From NCBI GenBank assembly GCA_947623625.1, contig CANQHD010000003.1:1-51184 (forward strand): a DNA stretch of 51,184 nucleotides, in the 5' to 3' direction. Source of the DNA: an uncultured Bacilli bacterium (lineage in GTDB: Bacteria > Bacillota_I > Bacilli_A > RF39 > UBA660). Below are positions 20,374 to 28,724 of this stretch, piece after piece. The notes beneath the pieces were generated by a model that did not search any database, was not told the DNA's origin, and worked only from the letters and a program-made list of their open reading frames with translations. Each line of letters starts with the position of its first letter. The stretch's first letter is position 1. The position numbers were made by a program, and so were the translations under genes.

Positions 20374-20450
20374 TAATTGTAAAAATCAGTCAATTCAGAT
20401 ATTTATTGAAGAAAAAAGAAGAAAAAGAAATTATAATAAAATAATAAGGA

Positions 20451-21227
20451 GTGAAATCTATGTTTATTATACAATTATTAATTGCACTTATTCCATTTGG
20501 AATCATCCATTATTTTGTAAAAAAGTATGATCACCCAAATAATAAAAAAATCTTTAACTTAATCTTCTACATGGTAGTATCGCTGATTTTATTATCTATA
20601 TATGACTATTTAATTATACAAATTTCCCCAACATTTTATCAGATTATTCCCTTTCTAATAAACCCTATAAGTTTTTACATAACTGCATTTGTCACTAAAC
20701 TTTTTACCACAGGACTTCCAGAAGAGATTGCAAAGTATTTAGCAATAAAAATGTCTAAACCTAAAAATAATGAAGAAATTATTAAAAATTCACTCTATAT
20801 TTCAACACTATTTATGTTTTATGAAAATTATTCATATGCTTGTGATGGAATTGTATATGGACTATGGAGATCTATTTTGCCCGTACATATTATTTCGCAG
20901 ATAGTGATGTCTTATTTCTTAATAAAAAAAGGCAAAGAGAAAGAAAAAAGAAAATCTCAACTTTATTCAGTTCTTTCTCTTCTAATTCCAATTATTATTC
21001 ATACATTATATAACTGTTGCATTATTTTACCTATGAATGAAATTCTAAAAGCTCTTTTCATTTTGACATTTGGAATCATAACTTATATTATAGCAGCCAA
21101 ATATATAAAAAGTGGAATAGAAAAGAACAAAGAAAGTGAGAACGAAAACGATATTAAAATAAGTAAAATTAAATGGATTATCATTCTATTAGTAACTTTA
21201 TTTTGGCTTTATATTTATAGAATTTAA
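20451..21227 (+). CDS. PrsW-family glutamic intramembrane protease-like protein
   Basis: Multi-TM; PEEIAKY (EExxK), FMFYEN (FxxxEN), His in PVH and IHTLYN. Confidence 0.75.
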   Translation: MKSMFIIQLLIALIPFGIIHYFVKKYDHPNNKKIFNLIFYMVVSLILLSIYDYLIIQISPTFYQIIPFLINPISFYITAFVTKLFTTGLPEEIAKYLAIKMSKPKNNEEIIKNSLYISTLFMFYENYSYACDGIVYGLWRSILPVHIISQIVMSYFLIKKGKEKEKRKSQLYSVLSLLIPIIIHTLYNCCIILPMNEILKALFILTFGIITYIIAAKYIKSGIEKNKESENENDIKISKIKWIIILLVTLFWLYIYRI

Positions 21228-21232
21228 AACAA

Positions 21233-21979
21233 TTATTCTTGATAAGTAAAGCCTTTTTGATAAAGTCTTTTTTTGATTTGTCTTTCTAACTCTTCTCCAC
21301 TATATTTTCTCATTAAGCGTTTTTTCAATTTTTCATATTCCTTTTCTTTTAAATGATTATCTTCTAAAAAGGAAGCATTCTCTAATTTTTCTTGAATAAC
21401 ATCTGGAGAAAAACCATCTTTTAACAGTGTATCTTTTATTTTTTGCTTTAAAAAAGTGGTGCTTTTTGTGTGATTTGAGCGAATCATTTTTTGAACACGC
21501 TTTTCTACTTTGTCTAACTCACTTTCTCTAGGATAATACTCTACTGTCTTTTCTGCAATTTCTAAAGAAACACCCTTTTCAAGAAGAATATTTTTAATTT
21601 TATTCGGTCCATAAGATGTGGATTGAATTTGATGATTTAAATAACTATCCGCATAAGACTGATCATCTAGATAATGTTGATCTACTAGCTTTTGAACCGC
21701 TTCATCCACATTTTCTTTTAAATAACCCTTTTCTGTAAGAACATCTTTGATCTCTTTTATGCATCTTGCTTTTTTCTTTATTAAATCCAAAGCATCATAG
21801 TAAGTTTTCCAAAAATCATTGTCTTTTTTTATAGAAGAGAGCACTTGCTCATCTATCTTTTTAGATAAAAGTAAATCATACTTTAAAATGACTTCTTGAT
21901 ATACAGTGTATGTCTTGCCATTTTCTAAACAAAGCGTATAACTTCCATCTTTATTCTTTTTAAACTGATTAATATTCAA
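21233..21979 (-). CDS. recX: Regulatory protein RecX
   Basis: YLDDQSYA..Y, YGPNKIK..L..KG, LYQKGF. Confidence 0.88.
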   Translation of the reverse strand: MNINQFKKNKDGSYTLCLENGKTYTVYQEVILKYDLLLSKKIDEQVLSSIKKDNDFWKTYYDALDLIKKKARCIKEIKDVLTEKGYLKENVDEAVQKLVDQHYLDDQSYADSYLNHQIQSTSYGPNKIKNILLEKGVSLEIAEKTVEYYPRESELDKVEKRVQKMIRSNHTKSTTFLKQKIKDTLLKDGFSPDVIQEKLENASFLEDNHLKEKEYEKLKKRLMRKYSGEELERQIKKRLYQKGFTYQE

Positions 21980-22088
21980 CTCATATCACCTCATATTTTG
22001 TATTATAATACTTTTACAAAGAATTTATCTAACTATATAAACTTTTTTGAAGTTTGATGGATTCTATAAAAAAAGCGGAAAAATTTTA

Positions 22089-22289
22089 TTATTTTTTTTC
22101 CACTTTTAAATGCCCTTCTAAAATTTCTTCTAGGGCTCTCCCAATATTCTTTTTACACTTGTATTCAGATTCAGGCATTTGGTAATGTTCTGTCCTTGAC
22201 ATTTCTTTACTGCGTCTTGCTGCGATATGGACAAGTTCATATTTACTTCCTACAATATTTTGAAGCTTATCAATAGACGGATATATCAC
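22089..22289 (-). CDS. rpoZ: RNA polymerase omega subunit
   Basis: MIYPSIDKL...SKYELVHIAARR...ALEEI. Confidence 0.93.
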   Translation of the reverse strand: MIYPSIDKLQNIVGSKYELVHIAARRSKEMSRTEHYQMPESEYKCKKNIGRALEEILEGHLKVEKK

Positions 22290-22376
22290 TGTATCACACT
22301 CCCTATTTTAAATATAATCATATTGACTATCTTGTGCAAGTAATATGACATAATTAGACATGAATTAACAAAAGAA

Positions 22377-22395
22377 AAAGTGTCATTGACACTTT
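22377..22395 (-). terminator. Terminator after the cotD-like 3' segment
   Basis: aaagtgtcattgacacttt palindrome followed by a T-rich run on the minus strand. Confidence 0.75.
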
Positions 22396-22534
22396 AGTTG
22401 AAACGTCCACACTGGTTACAAGAACCACATTGGATATTACTACATACGTTTTCTTCGCAACAAGAATATTGTGGACTATAAGTATGTCTAAAGATATGAT
22501 GATTAATAATTCTCGTACGAATTGGGCAAACATG
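22394..22534 (-). pseudogene. cotD: 3' segment of the split CotD-like spore coat gene (not in ORF track)
   Basis: HVCPIRTRIINHHIFRHTYSPQYSCCEENVCSNIQCGSCNQCGRFN*; no start codon of its own; begins at the ACATGT core. Confidence 0.85.
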
Positions 22535-22550
22535 TCTCTGCCCTTTTTTG

Positions 22551-24128
22551 TTAGATTTTATTAAAAGTAACATTAATATTTATATTCTTATCCTCAAATA
22601 TTTCTATTCTATCCACTAAATTTATTATAAGTTCTCTATTAGGTTCTTTCATAGATAAAAATTGATTAATATATTCTATTATCATTTTATTTTTAGATTT
22701 TTCATCTGTTATATCATTCATATTATCATTTAATTCATTATATTTTTTTTGTTTTATAGAAAGTTCTTTTTCTAGTTTTAATTTAACTCTTTCAAATTGC
22801 TCTTCAGTAATTTTTTGATTTAACTTATCAATATAAATAAGATCTAAGTTATCATTGATTTGCTTAATGTCATTATTTAGTATTTCTAGCTCTTTTTTAT
22901 CATTCACTTTGTTTGTTTTATTTAAATTAGATAAAACAGAACTTTTAATTTTATCTTTGTTAATATAATTTAAACACATTTTAGCCAAGAAATGAATAAT
23001 CACCTTCTCCAACTCATCATAATTATTTGAATGAGTTGTACATAACTTCTTCTTCATATAGGTTCTATAGTAATTACAAATAGTATAACATCTATTATCT
23101 TTTTTCCTTCTCGATGTGATGGATATTCGATGTCCACAATCACCACAATACAAAAGTCCATCTAGTAAATGATTTTCTTTTTTTTCATCTCTACCTACAT
23201 TTTTAGGTATTCTTGCCTGCACTTCATAAAACAATTCTTTATCAATTATAGCTTCATGAGTATTTTCTACAACAATATAATCATTCGTATTATTTTTTAT
23301 TACTTTTTTTACCTTATAATTTACTTTACTTCTTTTATTTTGGACTAGATCACCTATATACATCCTGTTTGTTAAAATATCTCTAACTGTTTTAGAATGC
23401 CACTGTCCATATCTTAAATTATAATGGCTTTTCCATTCAAAACTATAATACTGGGCAGGTGTTTTTACTTTTTCATTTGTTAATTGCTCAGCTATTTTAT
23501 AAAATGATAAGCCTTCTAAACACATATTAAATATTCTCTTAACAATACTAGCTTGTTCTTCGTTTATTACTAAATGATTTTTATCACTTTTATCTTGATC
23601 GTATCCAAATGGCGTTCTACCTCCTACCCATTTTCCTTCTTTCATCTTTGCTTTTAAACTAGATTTTATTTTTTTAGAAATATCTTTAGCATACATATCA
23701 TTCATTATGGCTTTAAATGGTGCAATATCATTATTTGAACTATCTAAAAAAGTATCTATATTATCTGTAACGGCTATATATCTAACATTATGTTCTGGAA
23801 AATATTTTTCTACCAAATTACCAGTTCCAATATAATCTCTCCCAAGTCTTGACATATCTTTCGTAATAACCATATTTATTTTTCCAAGTTCAATATCTTT
23901 AAGCAATCTATTAAAGTCTGGTCTATCAAAATGAGTCCCAGAATAGCCATCATCAATATAAATATCGTAAACCCTTAAATGATTTTCTTTTACATATTGA
24001 AGTAATAAACTTTTTTGATTTTTAATACTTTCACTCATCAACACCTTATCATCATCTTCACGAGATAGTCTTATATAAAGACCAACATTATATATCTTAT
24101 TTAAATGACTAATAATTTCTACCTCCAT
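22551..24128 (-). CDS. Large serine recombinase (SpoIVCA/CisA-like); true start may be ATT at 24113
   Basis: YIRLSRED catalytic Ser, DDGYSG...RPDF, KDMSRLGR, recombinase domain, CGDCG...C...C zinc ribbon and coiled coil. Confidence 0.96.
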   Translation of the reverse strand: MEVEIISHLNKIYNVGLYIRLSREDDDKVLMSESIKNQKSLLLQYVKENHLRVYDIYIDDGYSGTHFDRPDFNRLLKDIELGKINMVITKDMSRLGRDYIGTGNLVEKYFPEHNVRYIAVTDNIDTFLDSSNNDIAPFKAIMNDMYAKDISKKIKSSLKAKMKEGKWVGGRTPFGYDQDKSDKNHLVINEEQASIVKRIFNMCLEGLSFYKIAEQLTNEKVKTPAQYYSFEWKSHYNLRYGQWHSKTVRDILTNRMYIGDLVQNKRSKVNYKVKKVIKNNTNDYIVVENTHEAIIDKELFYEVQARIPKNVGRDEKKENHLLDGLLYCGDCGHRISITSRRKKDNRCYTICNYYRTYMKKKLCTTHSNNYDELEKVIIHFLAKMCLNYINKDKIKSSVLSNLNKTNKVNDKKELEILNNDIKQINDNLDLIYIDKLNQKITEEQFERVKLKLEKELSIKQKKYNELNDNMNDITDEKSKNKMIIEYINQFLSMKEPNRELIINLVDRIEIFEDKNININVTFNKI

Positions 24129-24252
24129 CTAAAGGTAAATAAGTGAGTGATGGTCCCTCATATTTTTTGATCTCTTTATTTAAAACTTTTATAAAAATAT
24201 CATTAATATCTTGGTCTTTACTAAAGATATAATTAATTTTGTACTTATCCAT
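24109..24252 (-). CDS. 47-aa protein coupled to the recombinase; candidate directionality factor (not in ORF track)
   Basis: MDKYKINYIFSKDQDINDIFIKVLNKEIKKYEGPSLTYLPLDGGRNY*; SD GAAGGGA; its stop overlaps the recombinase 5' end. Confidence 0.65.
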   Translation of the reverse strand: MDKYKINYIFSKDQDINDIFIKVLNKEIKKYEGPSLTYLPLDGGRNY

Positions 24253-24273
24253 ATATTTTATTCCCTTCACTTT

Positions 24274-24302
24274 AACTTATGGATAAGTCATCCATTTTAG
24301 TA
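24274..24302 (-). promoter_or_regulatory. sigmaE-like (mother-cell) promoter of the small ORF-recombinase cassette
   Basis: TACTAAA (24302-24296), 14 bp, CATAAGTT (24281-24274); same spacing as sigmaE promoters such as TCATATT-N14-CATANANT. Confidence 0.5.
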
Positions 24303-24411
24303 TTACTTATAAACTTGCATATTATTTTCATGAAGGAAAAACTAGAAAAAATTCTTTTGATCACTTGTAAATTGATTAAGAAGCAACATTAGAAATACTA
24401 CACTTAAAAAA

Positions 24412-24459
24412 TAAAAATCATCCTACATTAAAATTTTAATTTATAGGATGATAATTTTT
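24412..24459 (-). terminator. Long hairpin terminator after fic
   Basis: atcatccta...taggatgat enclosing the palindrome attaaaattttaat; T-run on the minus strand. Confidence 0.75.
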
Positions 24460-25212
24460 CTAATTATTTTCTTTGATTTCAAAATTTAATAATTCTCGAG
24501 AAGTTTTTTCATATAAATCTTGTTCATGTTTTATAGTATCCATCAAAAACATCTTATCACTTTCATATTCTTTTAACCCCCTCATATAATAAGGCTTATC
24601 ATCATCTAATACAATAAATGGCATAATATTGTTTCTTAAACACTCTTTAAACATTATTATTCTACCAACACGCCCATTCCCATCTCCAAAAGGATGAATA
24701 CGCTCAAATCTAAAATGAAAATCAACGATATCTTCTAGAGTAATATTTGTTTTAGTATTATATTCTTTTAACAGTTCTTCTATTTCTTTTTCCACATCAT
24801 CTGGGGCAGTAGTATTAATAATATTAACAACACCTATCATGTTAGGAATAACTTTAAATCCACCAACATTATATCTAGGATTTTCTTCATCGCTAGTATT
24901 TCTTTTTAATATCTTATTCATTTCAATTATCATATCTTTAGTTAAGAGTTCATCTATATTATCTAACATATAATCAAATAATTTAAAATGATTTTTAGAT
25001 TCCGTTAAATCATCCAATTTAATTAAATCATCACTTTTCGGAATAAAAGAAGATGTATCAAATATTGCCTCAGTCTGTTCACTGGTTAATCTACTACCTT
25101 CGATTTTATTTGAATTATAAGCAAAATTAACTTGCGAATAATGATATATATTCCCTTTAAATTTAGATTCTTTTTGTTTGATTAATTCATTTTTTATTTT
25201 ATTTATATCCAT
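24460..25212 (-). CDS. Fic/Doc-family protein (class II, N-terminal inhibitory motif)
   Basis: HPFGDGNGRVGR Fic motif; SNKIEG matches (S/T)xxxE(G/N); extended -10 TGaTATAAT at 25296-25288. Confidence 0.93.
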   Translation of the reverse strand: MDINKIKNELIKQKESKFKGNIYHYSQVNFAYNSNKIEGSRLTSEQTEAIFDTSSFIPKSDDLIKLDDLTESKNHFKLFDYMLDNIDELLTKDMIIEMNKILKRNTSDEENPRYNVGGFKVIPNMIGVVNIINTTAPDDVEKEIEELLKEYNTKTNITLEDIVDFHFRFERIHPFGDGNGRVGRIIMFKECLRNNIMPFIVLDDDKPYYMRGLKEYESDKMFLMDTIKHEQDLYEKTSRELLNFEIKENN

Positions 25213-25335
25213 AAATTCACCAACTTTCAAACTTTCATTTTTCTATTTATTAACATTCTTTTAAAATATTATATTTATTCTTCATCCATTATATCATAAA
25301 AAGACATTTCTTATTTTTAAGTCTATCATAAATTA

Positions 25336-25575
25336 TCACACATGTGGTACATTGTGCATGATAGTACGATTTACAACACGTTCTTGCATTGGCTCAATAA
25401 TTGGGTTTTCGTTATCTGTCATTTGAAAATTATCTCCACCATCCATATCCATCATAACATCATTACCAACATTAATATCAATATCCATATCTTGATCGAT
25501 AACATTATTGTTTCCAACGATTGTAGCATCTTGATCGCTCATAATATCTCCAAGACTTGGGTTATTATATAACAT
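25336..25575 (-). pseudogene. cotD: 5' segment of the split CotD-like spore coat gene
   Basis: Ends PIIEPMQERVVNRTIMHNVPHV then an element-supplied TGA. The joined sequence resembles CotD PIVHP...VPHIHP.HT..VNH.HF.H.HY.P. SD AGGAGG. Confidence 0.85.
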
Positions 25576-25596
25576 ACATTTTCCTCCTATCTGTTA

Positions 25597-25624
25597 TAAG
25601 ATATGAACAGATAAAAAAACTGGT
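25597..25624 (-). promoter_or_regulatory. sigmaK-like promoter of the cotD-like gene (overlaps the ffh terminator hairpin at about 25613-25646)
   Basis: AC (25624-25623), 17 bp, CATATCTTA (25605-25597). Confidence 0.6.
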
Positions 25625-25649
25625 CGCGATGATTGCCCAGTTTCTTTGA

Positions 25650-26957
25650 TTAAAATGGTAACTTCAAATTTCCATTTGAAAATTGCTTCATCATTTTCTT
25701 CATTTGATCAAATTGAGCTAAAAGTTTATTGACTTCTTGAACAGATAAACCACATCCTTTAGCAATTCTCGTTTTTCTACTCGCTTTAATGATTTCAGGA
25801 TGTCTTCTCTCATTTGGAGTCATAGAAAGGATAATCGCTTCAATATGAGCCATTTGCTTCGGAGGAATCTTCACATTATTCAGTCCCATTTTAGAAGCCC
25901 CAGGGATTAATTTCAATAAGTTTTCGAGTGGTCCTAATCTCTTCATTTGCTTGAGTGTAGATAAAAAGTCTTCTAAATCGAATTTACCTTGTTGCATTTT
26001 CTTCGCAGTTTTTTCTGCTTCCTTTTCATCAATTGCTTCTTGGGCTTTTTCAACTAAAGAGATAATATCTCCCATTCCAAGAATTCGACCAGCCATTCGT
26101 TCTGGATCAAAAGAATCTAGTCCGTCTAACTTTTCAGAAACACCAATAAATTTGATGGGAACATGTGTTAGGTGTCTTACAGATAAGGCAACTCCACCTC
26201 TTGTATCTCCATCTAATTTAGTCAAAATAACTCCCGTTAATTTAAGCTTATCATTGAATCCTGTAATCACATTGATAGCATCCTGTCCCATCATAGCATC
26301 AAGTACTAAAAGAATTTCTTGAGGAGTTATTTCTTTTTCAATATTTTGTAGCTCCTCCATTAAAGCATCATCAATATGAAGACGCCCAGCAGTATCTACT
26401 AAAACATAGTCATAATGATTTTCTTTAGCATAGGAAATTGCATTTTTTGCAATGGTTACTGGATTTTCTTTTCCTTCTTCATAAACTTCTATATTCAACT
26501 GTTTTCCTAGTTGTTTTAGCTGATCAATTGCAGCAGGACGATAAACATCACAAGCAACTAAAAGAGGTTTTTTCGCATGTTTTTTTCTTAAGAAATTCGC
26601 AAGCTTACCAGTTGTCGTTGTTTTTCCACTTCCTTGTAATCCAACAAGCATCAAAATTGCAGGAGATCCATCTAAATTAAGAGGAGCACTTTCTCCACCT
26701 AATAGTTCTGTTAATTCATCTTTTACTATTTTTACAAATAGATCCCCTGGCTTAATACTAGATTGTACTTCTTCGCCAAGAGCTTTTTCTTTAACCGTTT
26801 GTGTAAATTCTTTTACAACTTGATAGTTGACATCGGCTTCTAAAAGAGCAAGTCGAATCTCTCTCATCATCTCGCCGATGTTTTCTTCCGTTATTTTTCC
26901 ATAGCCTTTCATCTTATGAAGCGCATTTTGTAGACGTTGTCCTAAACTTTCAAACAT
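25650..26957 (-). CDS. ffh: Signal recognition particle protein Ffh
   Basis: MFESL..RLQ, GLQGSGKTTT, DTAGR, TKLDGD, M-domain. Confidence 0.98.
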   Translation of the reverse strand: MFESLGQRLQNALHKMKGYGKITEENIGEMMREIRLALLEADVNYQVVKEFTQTVKEKALGEEVQSSIKPGDLFVKIVKDELTELLGGESAPLNLDGSPAILMLVGLQGSGKTTTTGKLANFLRKKHAKKPLLVACDVYRPAAIDQLKQLGKQLNIEVYEEGKENPVTIAKNAISYAKENHYDYVLVDTAGRLHIDDALMEELQNIEKEITPQEILLVLDAMMGQDAINVITGFNDKLKLTGVILTKLDGDTRGGVALSVRHLTHVPIKFIGVSEKLDGLDSFDPERMAGRILGMGDIISLVEKAQEAIDEKEAEKTAKKMQQGKFDLEDFLSTLKQMKRLGPLENLLKLIPGASKMGLNNVKIPPKQMAHIEAIILSMTPNERRHPEIIKASRKTRIAKGCGLSVQEVNKLLAQFDQMKKMMKQFSNGNLKLPF

Positions 26958-27020
26958 ATTTATCACCACTTTCATTATATAGAAATTTTTTTGAAAAGTA
27001 AAAGAAAAAGCATCTCTTTC

Positions 27021-27770
27021 CTATGATGGAACTTCAAATGCTTCAATTTTTCCATAATCTTGATAACTAACTGTAAAATAAGTTTGCATCGGAGTTTTTC
27101 TTAAATAAGTGTCATAACTTGAATAATTATAAAAAATCTTTTCAACTTGACCATTTTCTGTGACATAAACCTCAATAATGTTAGGCTCATCGGCTATATC
27201 AATTTTTTCATTTTGATACAAGTCCCAAAGTGTTGTTGTACTAATTTGATAACGGTAAACTGTTTGCTTATTTTGATAAAGTGTTTTGGACTCAAAAGTT
27301 GCTGCATCAAGTGTTTTCTTAAGCATTCCCTCTTCAAGAATTTGACGATAATAAAAAGGATTATCACAAATTTGCCAAACATCATTTAGTCTTTGTATTA
27401 CAATACCACTATATAAAAAATACATATTGCCATAATTGTTTGTAACCTGCTTCATTTGATTATAAGCTTTTCCTGTTAATTCTTTAGAAACACCATTGAC
27501 ATTTTCTTGATAAGTAAATTGATAGTTTCCATTTACTAAATCTTGCACGGAATAATTCGCATTTTCTTGCAGTTGACTAGGAAGTGTTAAATTTTTTTGG
27601 GGAGCGGACGCAGATGCTCGAAAGGAAATACCTAATACAAGAAAGAAAATAAAATAAAAACCAAAAAATAATAGAGCTCTTCCTTTTGGACTTTTCCATA
27701 ACTCTTTTAAATAAGCAACTCCACTTTCAACTTGATTACTTTTCTTTGTTTCATTTTTCTTTTTATTCAT
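27021..27770 (-). CDS. Membrane-anchored hypothetical protein
   Basis: 249 aa, one N-terminal TM segment, beta-rich extracellular part; in operon with fmt. Confidence 0.75.
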   Translation of the reverse strand: MNKKKNETKKSNQVESGVAYLKELWKSPKGRALLFFGFYFIFFLVLGISFRASASAPQKNLTLPSQLQENANYSVQDLVNGNYQFTYQENVNGVSKELTGKAYNQMKQVTNNYGNMYFLYSGIVIQRLNDVWQICDNPFYYRQILEEGMLKKTLDAATFESKTLYQNKQTVYRYQISTTTLWDLYQNEKIDIADEPNIIEVYVTENGQVEKIFYNYSSYDTYLRKTPMQTYFTVSYQDYGKIEAFEVPS

Positions 27771-27778
27771 CTTTATCC

Positions 27779-28720
27779 CTACTTTAATTTTTTTCCTAGT
27801 AAAGATTTCTTATCAATTCCATTTAAGAACTCTTTTACATCACATTTTTTCTTTCCTTCTAACTGTATCTGTTCCAAAATAAGTTCACTGTCTTTCGTAG
27901 AAACACCGATACCATCTTTATAGATAGCAACGATTTCACCATCTTCTTTTTCTAAATAAACATGATCGCTCATCCGAGCTCGATAGACTTTTAAAATCTT
28001 ACCATCAAGAGTCGTATAAGCTATTGGATCTGGATTCATTCCTCTTATTTGATTATAAAGCTCTAATGTTGTTTTATGAAAATCAAGTTTTTCTTGTTCC
28101 CTTGTGATATTATAAGCCATTGTTTTTTCTGTCTCATCCTGCTTTTGAGGTTTAATTTCTCCCTGAATAATTTGAGGAATTACTTTCAGTAAAAGTTGAG
28201 CACCAACATGACTCATTTTTTCTTCAAGACTTCCCTTTGTATCTAAAGGTGAAATCAACACTTCTTCTTGAGCTAAAATATCTCCACCATCCATTTTTTC
28301 ATTCATATACATAATTGTAATTCCAGTTTTTAAGCATCCATCTATAATAGCTTGATGAATGGGAGCCCCTCCCCTATATTTAGGAAGAAGAGAAGCATGG
28401 ACATTAATGGATCCATAACGAGGATAGTCCAATAATTTTTTCGGCAACATTTGTCCATAGGCACAAGTAACAATCATATCTGGATTTAACTTTAAAAATT
28501 CTTCATATTCATCTTTTAAAGAAACTGGTTGATAAAGGGGCAAATTATAATTTGCAGATGCGACTTTTATTGGGGATGGGGTCATAATGTGTTTTCTTCC
28601 AACCGGTTTATCTGGTTGTGTAATGACACCAACAATTTCATATTGACTACTCATAAGTGCATCTAAAATTGGAACACTAAATTGGGGTGTTGCCATCAAT
28701 AATATTTTTAACTTTTCCAT
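27779..28720 (-). CDS. fmt: Methionyl-tRNA formyltransferase
   Basis: TQPDKPVGR, AYGQ, NVHASLLPKYRGGAPIH. Confidence 0.97.
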   Translation of the reverse strand: MEKLKILLMATPQFSVPILDALMSSQYEIVGVITQPDKPVGRKHIMTPSPIKVASANYNLPLYQPVSLKDEYEEFLKLNPDMIVTCAYGQMLPKKLLDYPRYGSINVHASLLPKYRGGAPIHQAIIDGCLKTGITIMYMNEKMDGGDILAQEEVLISPLDTKGSLEEKMSHVGAQLLLKVIPQIIQGEIKPQKQDETEKTMAYNITREQEKLDFHKTTLELYNQIRGMNPDPIAYTTLDGKILKVYRARMSDHVYLEKEDGEIVAIYKDGIGVSTKDSELILEQIQLEGKKKCDVKEFLNGIDKKSLLGKKLK

Positions 28721-28724
28721 TTTT

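Larger units (their letters stand above)
22530..25345 (-). mobile_element. Complete 2,810-bp skin-like gene-interrupting element (large serine recombinase, 47-aa ORF, Fic)
   Basis: ACATGT at 22530-22535 and 25340-25345. Imperfect inverted arms at 22545-22558 and 25319-25332 (11/14 match). Excision joins the two cotD-like segments in frame. Confidence 0.92.

Noticed and set aside
22530..25345. Prophage or ICE
   Set aside because: The whole element is visible and has no structural, replication, relaxase or conjugation genes.
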